Shown in pieces: positions 47,542 through 56,499 of a stretch of DNA of 64,000 nucleotides. Within the stretch, counting starts at the first letter, position 1. Each line of letters begins with the position of its first letter. Under the pieces are notes generated by a model. It made no database searches. It saw only the letters and a program-made list of their open reading frames with translations, and was not told the DNA's origin. This stretch comes from a virus (Duplodnaviria; Caudoviricetes). The stretch spans positions 32,001 to 96,000 of the IMG/VR virus record IMGVR_UViG_3300038673_000220; one strand, given 5' to 3'. A program made the position numbers and the translations under genes.

Positions 47542-47729
47542 TTGATGGGGACGAGATCAATATCATTCCGTTGTATGAGATGGATGAAGTCAAAGAGTTT
47601 GAGCGTCTTTATCCAGCTCACCGTTTCATTTCTGATAACGATCTCAAAATCGATGGTGGAGATGTTGTCATTTCTTCTCAACAGATTTGTATGCTGGCCT
47701 CATGGATGAATGATCCTGAATACAGCTAA
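47542..47729 (+). CDS. Non-virion RNA polymerase beta'-like subunit, exon 2 (absent from ORF track)
   Basis: (F)DGDEINIIPLYEMDE...DPEYS*; spliced product is 524 aa. Confidence 0.9.
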
Positions 47730-47731
47730 AT

Positions 47732-47774
47732 ATCAAGTGGTAGGCATAACAACCTACCACTTGATTTATTTTTT
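47732..47774 (+). terminator. Intrinsic terminator, 13-bp stem
   Basis: ATCAAGTGGTAGG-N8-CCTACCACTTGAT plus T tract. Confidence 0.85.
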
Positions 47775-47776
47775 AA

Positions 47777-47787
47777 ATATATATTAT
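47777..47787 (+). promoter_or_regulatory. Phage promoter-like motif ATATATATTAT
   Basis: Exact motif upstream of an ORF-free region. Confidence 0.65.
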
Positions 47788-47791
47788 ACTA

Positions 47792-48337
47792 GGAGTTGTA
47801 GAAAAATAAAACACCTAGTTATTATATAAAGAAAAGAGCTTTCCATAATGAATCGTAGCGTTATCAATTGGGTACATTGCAAAACGGCGGGGCATTCTGG
47901 GAAGCTTGGATTTAATAGTTACGACACACGATTGATTTACTCTATTAAATCACGTTATCACCTACTCATTAAACGATTATTTGCCGAAATCGCATCGACC
48001 AATGAATGTCGATGTTCATAGTCCATTGCCAATTAAATTCCACTATTGGCGCATAAATCGACTGATTTCTTATTGTTGATCAGATTGTGTGGTAATGATT
48101 GAGCATCTTAGAAAGTCGTAATAACAGATGACTCTTTGAACGAATTTGTACTGGACAAGTGCTCTGACAAATTCAAATCGTTATGACACCGTATGTTGAA
48201 ACTTCGGAGACGGTATGAACCTTCGGGAAATATCAACATTTCATATCGATAACCCGGTTTGAAATCCAGATAGAGTCGGGATTTATTATCAATCAATTCT
48301 ACTGATCCTGAATAATCGGGATCAGTGGTAAATTTTT
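47792..48337 (+). ncRNA. Candidate structured non-coding RNA
   Basis: Promoter motif upstream, terminator-like hairpin at 48300-48337, no sense ORF of 60 aa or more, about nine consecutive stems. Confidence 0.45.
48300..48337 (+). terminator. Terminator-like hairpin
   Basis: TACTGATCCTGA-ATAA-TCGGGATCAGTG followed shortly by TTTTT. Confidence 0.65.
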
Positions 48338-48353
48338 ATCGAGGGTAAATTTC

Positions 48354-48865
48354 GTGTTTAAGATAATAATAAGTAAGAATACTGGATTAACATGTGTTGA
48401 GATAAATCAACCATCACAGGAGGTGTATGATAAAATCATAAAGATATGTCATTCATACGATGTATCTGACGAGAAAATAAGTATAATAAATCGTGGTGTC
48501 GCGAGTTTTTTCAAAGTAAAAAAGAAGGAGGGTATGATTGGATACTTATAGCGTTTTGGAGTGAGGATGTAGCAAAAGCTTTCTTAGATGTTGTATCAAG
48601 CGAGATAAGCGATTTAAGTATTGATGAAGATAATTCTAAGCTTTATTCATTGTCATATAATCAAGTTATGACTATATCGAAGGAATTGTCAAAGATATTC
48701 GGAATAGATGAATCGAGGATGGATTATGAACTTCTCAGATCCATAACTTGCGTAAATAAAGATAATGATTCATCTATCAAAATGATCCAAGAATCCAAAA
48801 ATTCCAAAACTTTCAATAAATGCTTATTCTGTAATAATAAATGTAATAAGAGTAAGTGTCCTTAA
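48354..48865 (+). CDS. Hypothetical protein probably joined by a -1 frameshift (ORFs 48354-48551 and 48650-48865); Cys-rich C-terminus
   Basis: In-frame A_AAA_AAG at 48518-48524; -1 frame open from there to 48865. Confidence 0.55.
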
Positions 48866-48883
48866 AATCTAGGGTATAAAATT

Positions 48884-49663
48884 ATGCTACAATTCATTTG
48901 TAAAAAAGACGACGAGGTAGGACTTTATATTCAAGTTAATCACACGAATCATCTTGATAAGTTATTCGTAAGAAAATTCGCTTTGGATGGATTCTCAAAC
49001 ATCCTATCCGAAGAAGAGAATGCAAAATCAGTTGAACAAGTGAATAGCGTATTCTCTTTAATGAGCGAAGCTGAACAGGATTATATATTCAAGCTGTATG
49101 ATGAAATCAATATCACTCTTCTTCAAAATTATCGGCAGGATGAGATCAAAGATACATTGAATTCTATAGGGAATCGTATATTAAAAGATATCGAACGAAT
49201 GAAATTGGTCGATTACTGTAATCAACACCCTTTTAATAAATTCCCTATCCAAATCAACAGTATTAAGATAAACTTCGTTTCATTGATTCTTATCATAGGA
49301 ATATTTCTACCGGTTTTAATCATGGTGAAATCTTTCAATAAACGATATGTTAAGAATCAGACAATGAATTCGTTGGCAGTCAATCGTGTTCTGAAACCAA
49401 CCATTGATACATATTTCAGTAAAGAAAGGATGTTTATCAAAAACCTTATCATCGATGCGATCAAAAATGATTATCCTGAAGCTAAGGATATTATTATCAT
49501 CGATAAGAAATTCAAAAACATTTGCACTTTTAGTGAAATCATTCTGTGTAATATCATTTCAGATATATTCACTAAAGCACCTTGTAACAATGAAGTAGTA
49601 TTTGAAAGCATCAACCAATTCTTCATAGCTTATATTCGGAATTATATCCGAGAAAATAAGTAA
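48884..49663 (+). CDS. Hypothetical protein resembling the N-terminal half of the gp68-like subunit
   Basis: Colinear similarity by eye to ORF 56500 (see finding). Confidence 0.55.
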   Translation: MLQFICKKDDEVGLYIQVNHTNHLDKLFVRKFALDGFSNILSEEENAKSVEQVNSVFSLMSEAEQDYIFKLYDEINITLLQNYRQDEIKDTLNSIGNRILKDIERMKLVDYCNQHPFNKFPIQINSIKINFVSLILIIGIFLPVLIMVKSFNKRYVKNQTMNSLAVNRVLKPTIDTYFSKERMFIKNLIIDAIKNDYPEAKDIIIIDKKFKNICTFSEIILCNIISDIFTKAPCNNEVVFESINQFFIAYIRNYIRENK

Positions 49664-49719
49664 ATACATAACCGAACAATGATTTAGATATTAATATCAA
49701 AAATCAAAGGAGATCTTTC

Positions 49720-50331
49720 ATGATGGGTTCAGTTATGCCAGCTATAACTCTAAATGCTTGTCCAGGTTTGTCAAGTTTTATAGGAACAGCTGGTACAGAC
49801 GCATTGTTAGCTGATATAAATCGAGATCTGAATAACAGTCAGTTCTTTGGATCTGTAGATGATATCATGTCTGTTGGGAGGCAGATGTTTATTGATAATA
49901 ACATTGTACCGATAAGGGCTATTGAAAATAGCGTTAAGAATCTTGTTGGTATGTTTGAGTATAACGATGTTTATCGAGAGATAACGTCTGAAGAAGATCT
50001 TCAAAGCATTCCTTCTTGTATGCATGATAGCATACTTCGATACAAACCTATCAAGAAGCTTTTTGATGAAGCTCGTATCTTTGGATTCGGATGGGACTAT
50101 GTTCCTGAAGAAGATTGTTATGGTCGGTTAATCAAAAATGGTTTTGTTGAAGATGTTGAAGCTATTATGGATGATAAAGGTGAATTCGAGTTGGAATACA
50201 CTTTCCAATCAGATGATCCAGATTTATCATTCGAAGAACTTGAATGCATCAAGGTGACTAGAGATTATCTTGATTACATCCTCAACGAGACAGACATCGA
50301 TCCAACCGATTACGGAAATAGAAGGTCATAA
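49720..50331 (+). CDS. Conserved phiKZ-like hypothetical protein
   Basis: SD AGGAG; lies between beta' and SbcD blocks; C-terminal DPT. Confidence 0.65.
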   Translation: MMGSVMPAITLNACPGLSSFIGTAGTDALLADINRDLNNSQFFGSVDDIMSVGRQMFIDNNIVPIRAIENSVKNLVGMFEYNDVYREITSEEDLQSIPSCMHDSILRYKPIKKLFDEARIFGFGWDYVPEEDCYGRLIKNGFVEDVEAIMDDKGEFELEYTFQSDDPDLSFEELECIKVTRDYLDYILNETDIDPTDYGNRRS

Positions 50332-50339
50332 AAGATACT

Positions 50340-50382
50340 CCATGAGCTGTTATTATTAACAGCTCATGGGACAATATTTTTT
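50340..50382 (+). terminator. Terminator, 12-bp stem
   Basis: CCATGAGCTGTT-N6-AACAGCTCATGG then T tract. Confidence 0.75.
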
Positions 50383-50394
50383 CGGGAGCAAGAA

Positions 50395-50796
50395 ATGAGT
50401 ACTCCAGTAATACCTACGTTAATGAGTGATATCTCCATGTTAAAACATCCTGTTGATATCATCAAATACGTATTACGTTGGTATATGTATGTTCCTAAGA
50501 ACATCAACGATTCATTAAATGAACAAGAGATATCGTTTCGATATACAGATGCTAAAGTCGGTCATGATCGAGGTATGTTGGCAAATGCTTCGAAAGGTGA
50601 TATCGAAAAAGTTCTAAAAAGGTATTTCCCAAATGGTACTATCGATGTAGCAGTTGCTACATCCGATTATGATACAGTAAGATATGACATAACGTTCGAT
50701 ATCGTTATTGTTAACGAAGGTAAATCTTATTCAATCAGTAGAAGTTTTCGTGTTGATTCTGATGGTTATCTTGTTTATAACTTTGATGGAGAATGA
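50395..50796 (+). CDS. Conserved phiKZ-like hypothetical protein
   Basis: 133-aa ORF with SD GGAG; coupled to the ligase gene. Confidence 0.7.
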   Translation: MSTPVIPTLMSDISMLKHPVDIIKYVLRWYMYVPKNINDSLNEQEISFRYTDAKVGHDRGMLANASKGDIEKVLKRYFPNGTIDVAVATSDYDTVRYDITFDIVIVNEGKSYSISRSFRVDSDGYLVYNFDGE

Positions 50797-52697
50797 TCAT
50801 GGACGATGTCCAGATAACTATAAAAAAGCTCATCGATGAACTTACTGAACATAAGCGTCGGTATTACGACCTTAATGAACCAATCATCTCAGATATTGAA
50901 TACGACGCATTGCATCAGCTCTTTGTCGATTATCAAAAGAAGTATCCAGAAATAGTTGAAGAGATAGGTTGGAAACCTTTTGGTAAAGTTGTTACTCACA
51001 AACACAAGATGCTTTCATTAGAGAGCACTCAAGATCTTTTAGTTGTATTAGGAACATTCATTCACCACAAATGGTTGATTTCATGTGAACCAAAGATCGA
51101 TGGATTGTCATTGGAATTGGTTTATAATGATAAGAACTTAGTATCAGCATCTACTCGTGGTGATGGGAATGAAGGTGAAGATGTTACAGCCAACATTCGA
51201 TTCGTTGAGAGTATTCCGAAGACGATTTCAAACGATGCTTGTATATATGGTGAAATTTATTTGAATAGAGCGGATTTCACTAATATAAACAAAGATCGAA
51301 TGGCTCGAGGAAAATCTCTTTATACGAATTTAAGGAATGCAGCTGCTGGTATTCTGAGATCTTCTGATACAACGAGATACCTCCATTTACTCCAGTTCTT
51401 TCCATACACTGTCAAAGATCATAATCTTGATAGTCAATCTTCAAGCTTTACATGGTTAAAGCTTAATGGTTTCAACACGTTGGATGATTATACTCTCTTA
51501 GCTAAGTATATTTCAGATATCGAAGATTATCATGACCATATGACTGAAATAAGAGAAAAGCTTCCATTTGAGATCGATGGTTTGGTTTTCAAAATAGATG
51601 ATTTCGATCTTCAAGAGAAGATAGGAATGGCATTTACCCATCCAAAATGGGCTATCGCTTTTAAGTTCAAACCAGACCGAGTTTATACTCGGTTGAACGA
51701 TGTTGTATTCCAAGTAGGTAAATCTGGTATCATTGCGCCAGTTGGATTACTTAATCCTGTTCGCATACGTGGAAGCTTAGTTGGAAGAGCTTCTTTGTCA
51801 AATGAATCAACGATAAAGAAAAAAGATATCAGGATAGGTGATATCGTAGCTCTTGAAATGGCTAACGATGTTATCCCTTATATTGCTGAACCATCTATGG
51901 ATGATCGAACTGGTAAAGAAGAAGTGATCGTCTTTCCAAAAGAATGTCCAGAATGCCATCATCCTGTAAGTAAGAATGGTGTTCATTACGTTTGTACGAA
52001 TTATCAATGTCCAGCTCAGGTTATTGGTAAATTGATCAACGCTGTTAAACGAGAAGGGTTCAATATCAAAGGTCTTGGTTATGAAACCATGAACAAGCTA
52101 ATAACGCATGGTTTAATCAAGAACATTGAAGATATTTTCAAATTGGATGATCCTGAGAAGATCTCCATAATGTCCCAATTAAACATTGGTGACAAAGTGA
52201 TTAAAAATCTAATTAACGAGATAAAACGTAAGGTGTGTATACCTATACGTAAGTTCATTTTCGCATTAGGAATACCCAACGTGAGTGTTGCGACATCAGC
52301 TAAATTGGCTGAGTATTTTCATGATGTTAAGCATCTTGTGAAAATGCAACCTTACAATTCAAAAGCCGTTTTATCTAATATCAACTCTGAGACGATTGAA
52401 GCGATCGAAGCTTTTCTGAGAAATTCAGAAAATATAGATATGATCAATCGTATGGTGTATTATATTCGAATAGAACCAGATGATACACCAACATATTCAA
52501 TGAATGTTGCTATTACTGGAAAATTCAACAGACCTAGAAATGAAATAAAGGATCAGTTGAATTCAAAGAATATCAATGTTACGAGTAAGGTGAACAAATC
52601 AACAAGCTATCTTTTATGTGGTGAAAATCCAAGTGAATCTAAGATAACTACTGCAAAAAACCTCAACATTCCGATCGTTGGAATCGACTTCTTTTAG
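50793..52697 (+). CDS. ligA: NAD-dependent DNA ligase
   Basis: YY....P.ISD.EYD, EPKIDG, TRGDG..GEDVT, RNAAAG, DGLVFK, Zn finger, HhH and C-terminal BRCT. Confidence 0.97.
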   Translation: MIMDDVQITIKKLIDELTEHKRRYYDLNEPIISDIEYDALHQLFVDYQKKYPEIVEEIGWKPFGKVVTHKHKMLSLESTQDLLVVLGTFIHHKWLISCEPKIDGLSLELVYNDKNLVSASTRGDGNEGEDVTANIRFVESIPKTISNDACIYGEIYLNRADFTNINKDRMARGKSLYTNLRNAAAGILRSSDTTRYLHLLQFFPYTVKDHNLDSQSSSFTWLKLNGFNTLDDYTLLAKYISDIEDYHDHMTEIREKLPFEIDGLVFKIDDFDLQEKIGMAFTHPKWAIAFKFKPDRVYTRLNDVVFQVGKSGIIAPVGLLNPVRIRGSLVGRASLSNESTIKKKDIRIGDIVALEMANDVIPYIAEPSMDDRTGKEEVIVFPKECPECHHPVSKNGVHYVCTNYQCPAQVIGKLINAVKREGFNIKGLGYETMNKLITHGLIKNIEDIFKLDDPEKISIMSQLNIGDKVIKNLINEIKRKVCIPIRKFIFALGIPNVSVATSAKLAEYFHDVKHLVKMQPYNSKAVLSNINSETIEAIEAFLRNSENIDMINRMVYYIRIEPDDTPTYSMNVAITGKFNRPRNEIKDQLNSKNINVTSKVNKSTSYLLCGENPSESKITTAKNLNIPIVGIDFF

Positions 52698-52708
52698 AGG
52701 GAAAGAAA

Positions 52709-52933
52709 ATGTTGAATGATTATGGAAAAAAACTCTTAAAGTTGGGTACTCCAAAAGATTCATTAGAACATGTTGACCCTACTTTAAAGATAACAGAAGG
52801 TATCCCAAATCAATATGACAAAGATACTGGTGGAAACGCTGGGGACTCATTTGAGTTCCCACTATCCGATAAAGAACAGGATCAAATCAATCGTTTACTT
52901 GACCCTATATTCCAATTGAAGGTGGGATCATGA
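52709..52933 (+). CDS. Hypothetical protein
   Basis: Operonic ORF with SD. Confidence 0.65.
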   Translation: MLNDYGKKLLKLGTPKDSLEHVDPTLKITEGIPNQYDKDTGGNAGDSFEFPLSDKEQDQINRLLDPIFQLKVGS

Positions 52934-53187
52934 AACACGACCTCATACCTGACATTGTAAATACTGAACGTATCCGGATTGATGAAATCGAACGCGAAGA
53001 ACTTGTATTTGGTGAAGATGATATTATTCGAATAGATGATAGTAAACGAGAAGAACTTACATTCGATAAAAGCGATATCATCGATCTTCACAATTTACAA
53101 AAAAGAAAACGAACCTATAAAAAAGATCCAAATAAGAAGAATAAGAAAAAGATAACTCAATCTTCCAGGAAAAAGAATAGGAGATGA
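52930..53187 (+). CDS. Hypothetical protein with an internal IRIDxxxREELxF duplication and a basic tail
   Basis: IRIDEIEREELVF / IRIDDSKREELTF; Lys/Arg-rich C-terminus. Confidence 0.65.
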   Translation: MKHDLIPDIVNTERIRIDEIEREELVFGEDDIIRIDDSKREELTFDKSDIIDLHNLQKRKRTYKKDPNKKNKKKITQSSRKKNRR

Positions 53188-53188
53188 A

Positions 53189-53752
53189 ATGGACGCCTTT
53201 AACGAAAAAGAGATGCGTGATATCGATCAATTGCATTCTGAGTTGATGAAAATCGAAGATACTCAGAATAATGTCGATATATCCGAATTCAATTACTATT
53301 CACCGTTATTCAGAAAAGCTGATAACCTTTCTAAAGAAAAGATCAGAGAGCTTTCTGACCAATTCTTTCGAAGATTCAACGTCTATAAACCCATTGTTGT
53401 TTTTCAAGAAGGTGAAGAGATTTTTCGAGTACCCCAACTCTTTATTGAAATCAACGATGTTTCTAAAGAACATACGAATCTCGTTGACAACTTCAGAACG
53501 CATGGAGTATCTGATGTCCCGAAGTATGCTCAGGAAGCAACCTATGGTTTATTAGCAGCTATCCTAAAATCCCAAGAAGATGTGAGTGAAAAAGGCTTCA
53601 AATCGTATGGTGAATACATCAATCATCTTTCAAATGAGTATCGTAGAGATGTTGAGGCTTTCACTCAGGTGAAGGATAACGTACCTGTAGAAAAACAAAG
53701 ATCTCACAAAGATATTGATATTAATGACATTGACGGACTTGTCTGGAAATGA
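53189..53752 (+). CDS. Conserved hypothetical protein
   Basis: Coupled to sbcD. Confidence 0.7.
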   Translation: MDAFNEKEMRDIDQLHSELMKIEDTQNNVDISEFNYYSPLFRKADNLSKEKIRELSDQFFRRFNVYKPIVVFQEGEEIFRVPQLFIEINDVSKEHTNLVDNFRTHGVSDVPKYAQEATYGLLAAILKSQEDVSEKGFKSYGEYINHLSNEYRRDVEAFTQVKDNVPVEKQRSHKDIDINDIDGLVWK

Positions 53753-54855
53753 AATTCATATGTGCATCCGATCTCCACTTTGGGCACCGAAAGGTGCCCA
53801 GTATCGATACGGCAAATAATCTCAGATCATTCCTTTTTCCTCAACTTAATGACACAGTCGATGTTCTATTTTTAAATGGTGACATCTTTGATGCAATGGT
53901 TTCTATCAACAGTATCGATTCAATTATTATCCTTGAACTCTTTACTGATCTTTTATTCCTCTGCGATAAACACAATATCAAGATAAGAATCCTTAGAGGA
54001 ACTTATTCTCATGATCATAAACAGCTTGAGTTTATATCGAAACTCAAATTGAAGCTCAATCTTTCAGTTGATTACAAAATGTATGACACACTTAGCGTTG
54101 AATACATCAAAGAATTCGATAAGAATATCTTGTATTTACCAGATAATCTTCCATTTGGTACTAAGTATGATATGTTCGATCATATCAGTAAGCTTTTTCA
54201 AGTTATCAATATTGATAAAGTTGATTTCATCATGATGCATGGTGAGCTGACGCATATGATTTTCGGACATGTGAGCAAGAACTCATTTGATGTGAGTGAG
54301 TTGAATAGATTCTGTAAAGGTTGGATATTTTCAGGACATATTCACAAACCGCTTAAGTATAAGAATTCTATTTCGATAGGAAGTTTTAATCGGTTAGCTC
54401 ATAATGAAGAAGAATCTAAAGGATTTTGGTTATTTGATCAAAAACCTATATTCATAAAGAACGAAGAAGCTACGATCTTCAAGACGATCAACCTTTCACA
54501 TATAGATGATATCCAGAAGATCATATTAAAATATCAAGAAGAAGTTGATATCCTTGATAAAGATAAAAAATCTTTTATTCGAGTATTGATAAAAGATTCA
54601 CACCTGAAACAAACTCTTAACAAATTCAGCTTGGAATATTATCCTCATGTGGTTTTAACTTTCAAGAATAACATTACAAAAACCACTGAAGAGGATGACT
54701 TTCTTAATAAGAAGTTATTTCATGATAAACACGAATACTTGGAAGCTCCTTCCTTAGAGAATATAGCGTCCATTGTTTTTAACGATCTCCAATCTAAAGG
54801 TCTATTTATTGATATCGAAGAAATTAAACAAATTATCAATGTAGACATATTCTGA
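53749..54855 (+). CDS. sbcD: SbcD/Mre11-like metallophosphoesterase nuclease
   Basis: SDLHFG, GDIFD, GTYSHD, MHG, GHIH and GSF.RL.H.EE..KG motifs. Confidence 0.9.
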   Translation: MKFICASDLHFGHRKVPSIDTANNLRSFLFPQLNDTVDVLFLNGDIFDAMVSINSIDSIIILELFTDLLFLCDKHNIKIRILRGTYSHDHKQLEFISKLKLKLNLSVDYKMYDTLSVEYIKEFDKNILYLPDNLPFGTKYDMFDHISKLFQVINIDKVDFIMMHGELTHMIFGHVSKNSFDVSELNRFCKGWIFSGHIHKPLKYKNSISIGSFNRLAHNEEESKGFWLFDQKPIFIKNEEATIFKTINLSHIDDIQKIILKYQEEVDILDKDKKSFIRVLIKDSHLKQTLNKFSLEYYPHVVLTFKNNITKTTEEDDFLNKKLFHDKHEYLEAPSLENIASIVFNDLQSKGLFIDIEEIKQIINVDIF

Positions 54856-54863
54856 GGTTTATT

Positions 54864-55700
54864 ATGATTGTCGAAAAAAGAACATATCACCCACTCGTTA
54901 GTGATCTTGAAGAAAAAGTAAGTTATGGTACTTTAGGTATATTGGAAACGTTAGTGCATCATTTTAACGATCAACCTCATCTTAATCGAAAGATCCTTCT
55001 CGTTAATGGTGATACAATTATACGTAATTGTTATCATAAAGATTTACCAGTTAATACGATATACGATAAGATCTCTTTCGATTTTGAAAAGCTCATTTAC
55101 TATTACAGACAATATGTAAATGAAGGAATCGTTATCATCTATTTTCATCCAGGTATATATGGGTTTATACCACAACATCTGCAAAAGAAATTAACACCGT
55201 TACGTGAGAATTTAACAACATTATCCAATGGTGTAATAAGTCTCAACAGTGTTGAATTCAACAAGGTTAGAACCCTCAGTGATGAAAGTGTCAAAGTAGT
55301 AGCTTTGGCTGTAAAAGGTAAGTTTAGTTATAAAAGCTTACTGGAACAGTTTCGATCGTTATTCTTATCGAATAAGATATGGATGATCAGTCATTGTCCG
55401 ATCGATTATTTCTTATTCCAATCATTTGATATTGAACTTATCAATAGCCATACAGGTATCATAATCACTAAAAAAGATCTCGGTAAAAAAGTATTTGGTG
55501 AATCAAATGTACCTTTCAACAAAACATCATTGATGCTCTTTGGTGATAAAGAGTTTATACGACCTTTATGTCGTAATAAACCAAAGGCTTTATTAGAACT
55601 TAAGAGTAATAATATTCATCTTCGTACTGAGAGAGAATTGGCTCAACTTGCTGTGACGAAACTCAAGATAGATAGGAAATCTCTTTTGTGGGATTTCTGA
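54864..55700 (+). CDS. Conserved hypothetical protein (phiKZ gp66-like by position)
   Basis: N..T.IRN, SH...D, SHTG and FGD motifs; follows sbcD. Confidence 0.6.
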   Translation: MIVEKRTYHPLVSDLEEKVSYGTLGILETLVHHFNDQPHLNRKILLVNGDTIIRNCYHKDLPVNTIYDKISFDFEKLIYYYRQYVNEGIVIIYFHPGIYGFIPQHLQKKLTPLRENLTTLSNGVISLNSVEFNKVRTLSDESVKVVALAVKGKFSYKSLLEQFRSLFLSNKIWMISHCPIDYFLFQSFDIELINSHTGIIITKKDLGKKVFGESNVPFNKTSLMLFGDKEFIRPLCRNKPKALLELKSNNIHLRTERELAQLAVTKLKIDRKSLLWDF

Positions 55701-55766
55701 TATTTTTTTACAAGAAAGTCCTATCATATAGGATAAAAATCAACTCTTAAGGAGATTAAAAAGGCT

Positions 55767-56348
55767 ATGGACGATAACGGCAATATTAATAAAGCGATTC
55801 GGTTTTCAACGGATGATTTCAAATACACCGCTGATTTGAGTCTGTATGGAGGTCGAGCAAGTTTTTCTATTTTTGATAATGGGTCAAAAAGTGCTCCAGT
55901 AATTAAAATGCTCTTCAATCAGACATCTGGTGCGCAGATCGTTTTCATCATGAATAAAGTATTGAATGAAAAAGATCTCAGATCACCTATCGAGCAATCC
56001 CATTATCCATACAACCGTGATACTAAAGAAAGCTCATTCAAGAGTTCTTTAGCTATCGGTAGAGATAATGAAGGAGTCATTTTCTTCGATTTCACAAGCG
56101 ATACGCACAAAGATCCTATTCGGTTTTATCCGATAACTGATAAGAGTGTCCGTATCAACGGTATGGAGCTTCCAAAAGTTACATTAACTGAGATGAGCGT
56201 TCGAGCAATCATCAATGTTTTTAACGTGTTACTTAAAGCCAGCTTGTATACAAAAGATCTTCCATTTTCACCGAACGATGGGGGTGGTTCCACTGGAGGT
56301 GGTTTCGTAGATCCGAAATCGTCTGTTGGTGACGACGTCCCGTTTTAA
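55767..56348 (+). CDS. Putative ssNA-binding protein (ChmC/gp67-like by position)
   Basis: Directly upstream of the gp68-like gene; beta-rich core, Gly-rich linker and SSB-like DDVPF tail. Confidence 0.55.
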   Translation: MDDNGNINKAIRFSTDDFKYTADLSLYGGRASFSIFDNGSKSAPVIKMLFNQTSGAQIVFIMNKVLNEKDLRSPIEQSHYPYNRDTKESSFKSSLAIGRDNEGVIFFDFTSDTHKDPIRFYPITDKSVRINGMELPKVTLTEMSVRAIINVFNVLLKASLYTKDLPFSPNDGGGSTGGGFVDPKSSVGDDVPF

Positions 56349-56414
56349 TAAACTGCTAAGGAGCTTTGGAATGAAATTAGTCTTAGCTATGCAGTCGGAC
56401 AAATAAACAACTTT

Positions 56415-56448
56415 TCGAGTACTACCGCATAAGGTAGTACTCGATTTT
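56415..56448 (+). terminator. Terminator, 12-bp stem
   Basis: TCGAGTACTACC-N6-GGTAGTACTCGA-TTTT. Confidence 0.8.
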
Positions 56449-56451
56449 CAT

Positions 56452-56462
56452 ATATATATCAT
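56452..56462 (+). promoter_or_regulatory. Phage promoter-like motif ATATATATCAT
   Basis: Exact motif directly after a terminator. Confidence 0.65.
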
Positions 56463-56499
56463 AATAAAGAAGCTTGTATAATTAATATAAAAAGAGGAG

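Noticed and set aside
47888-48296. tmRNA or tRNA identity (GGGGCATTCTGG...GGTTTGAAATCC) and the 62-aa antisense ORF 48108-48296
   Set aside because: No acceptor stem or CCA end and no proper T-arm. The antisense ORF lacks an SD and opposes the promoter-terminator polarity.
56356-56406. 11-codon minigene after AAGGAG downstream of the ChmC-like gene
   Set aside because: Too short to support from sequence alone.
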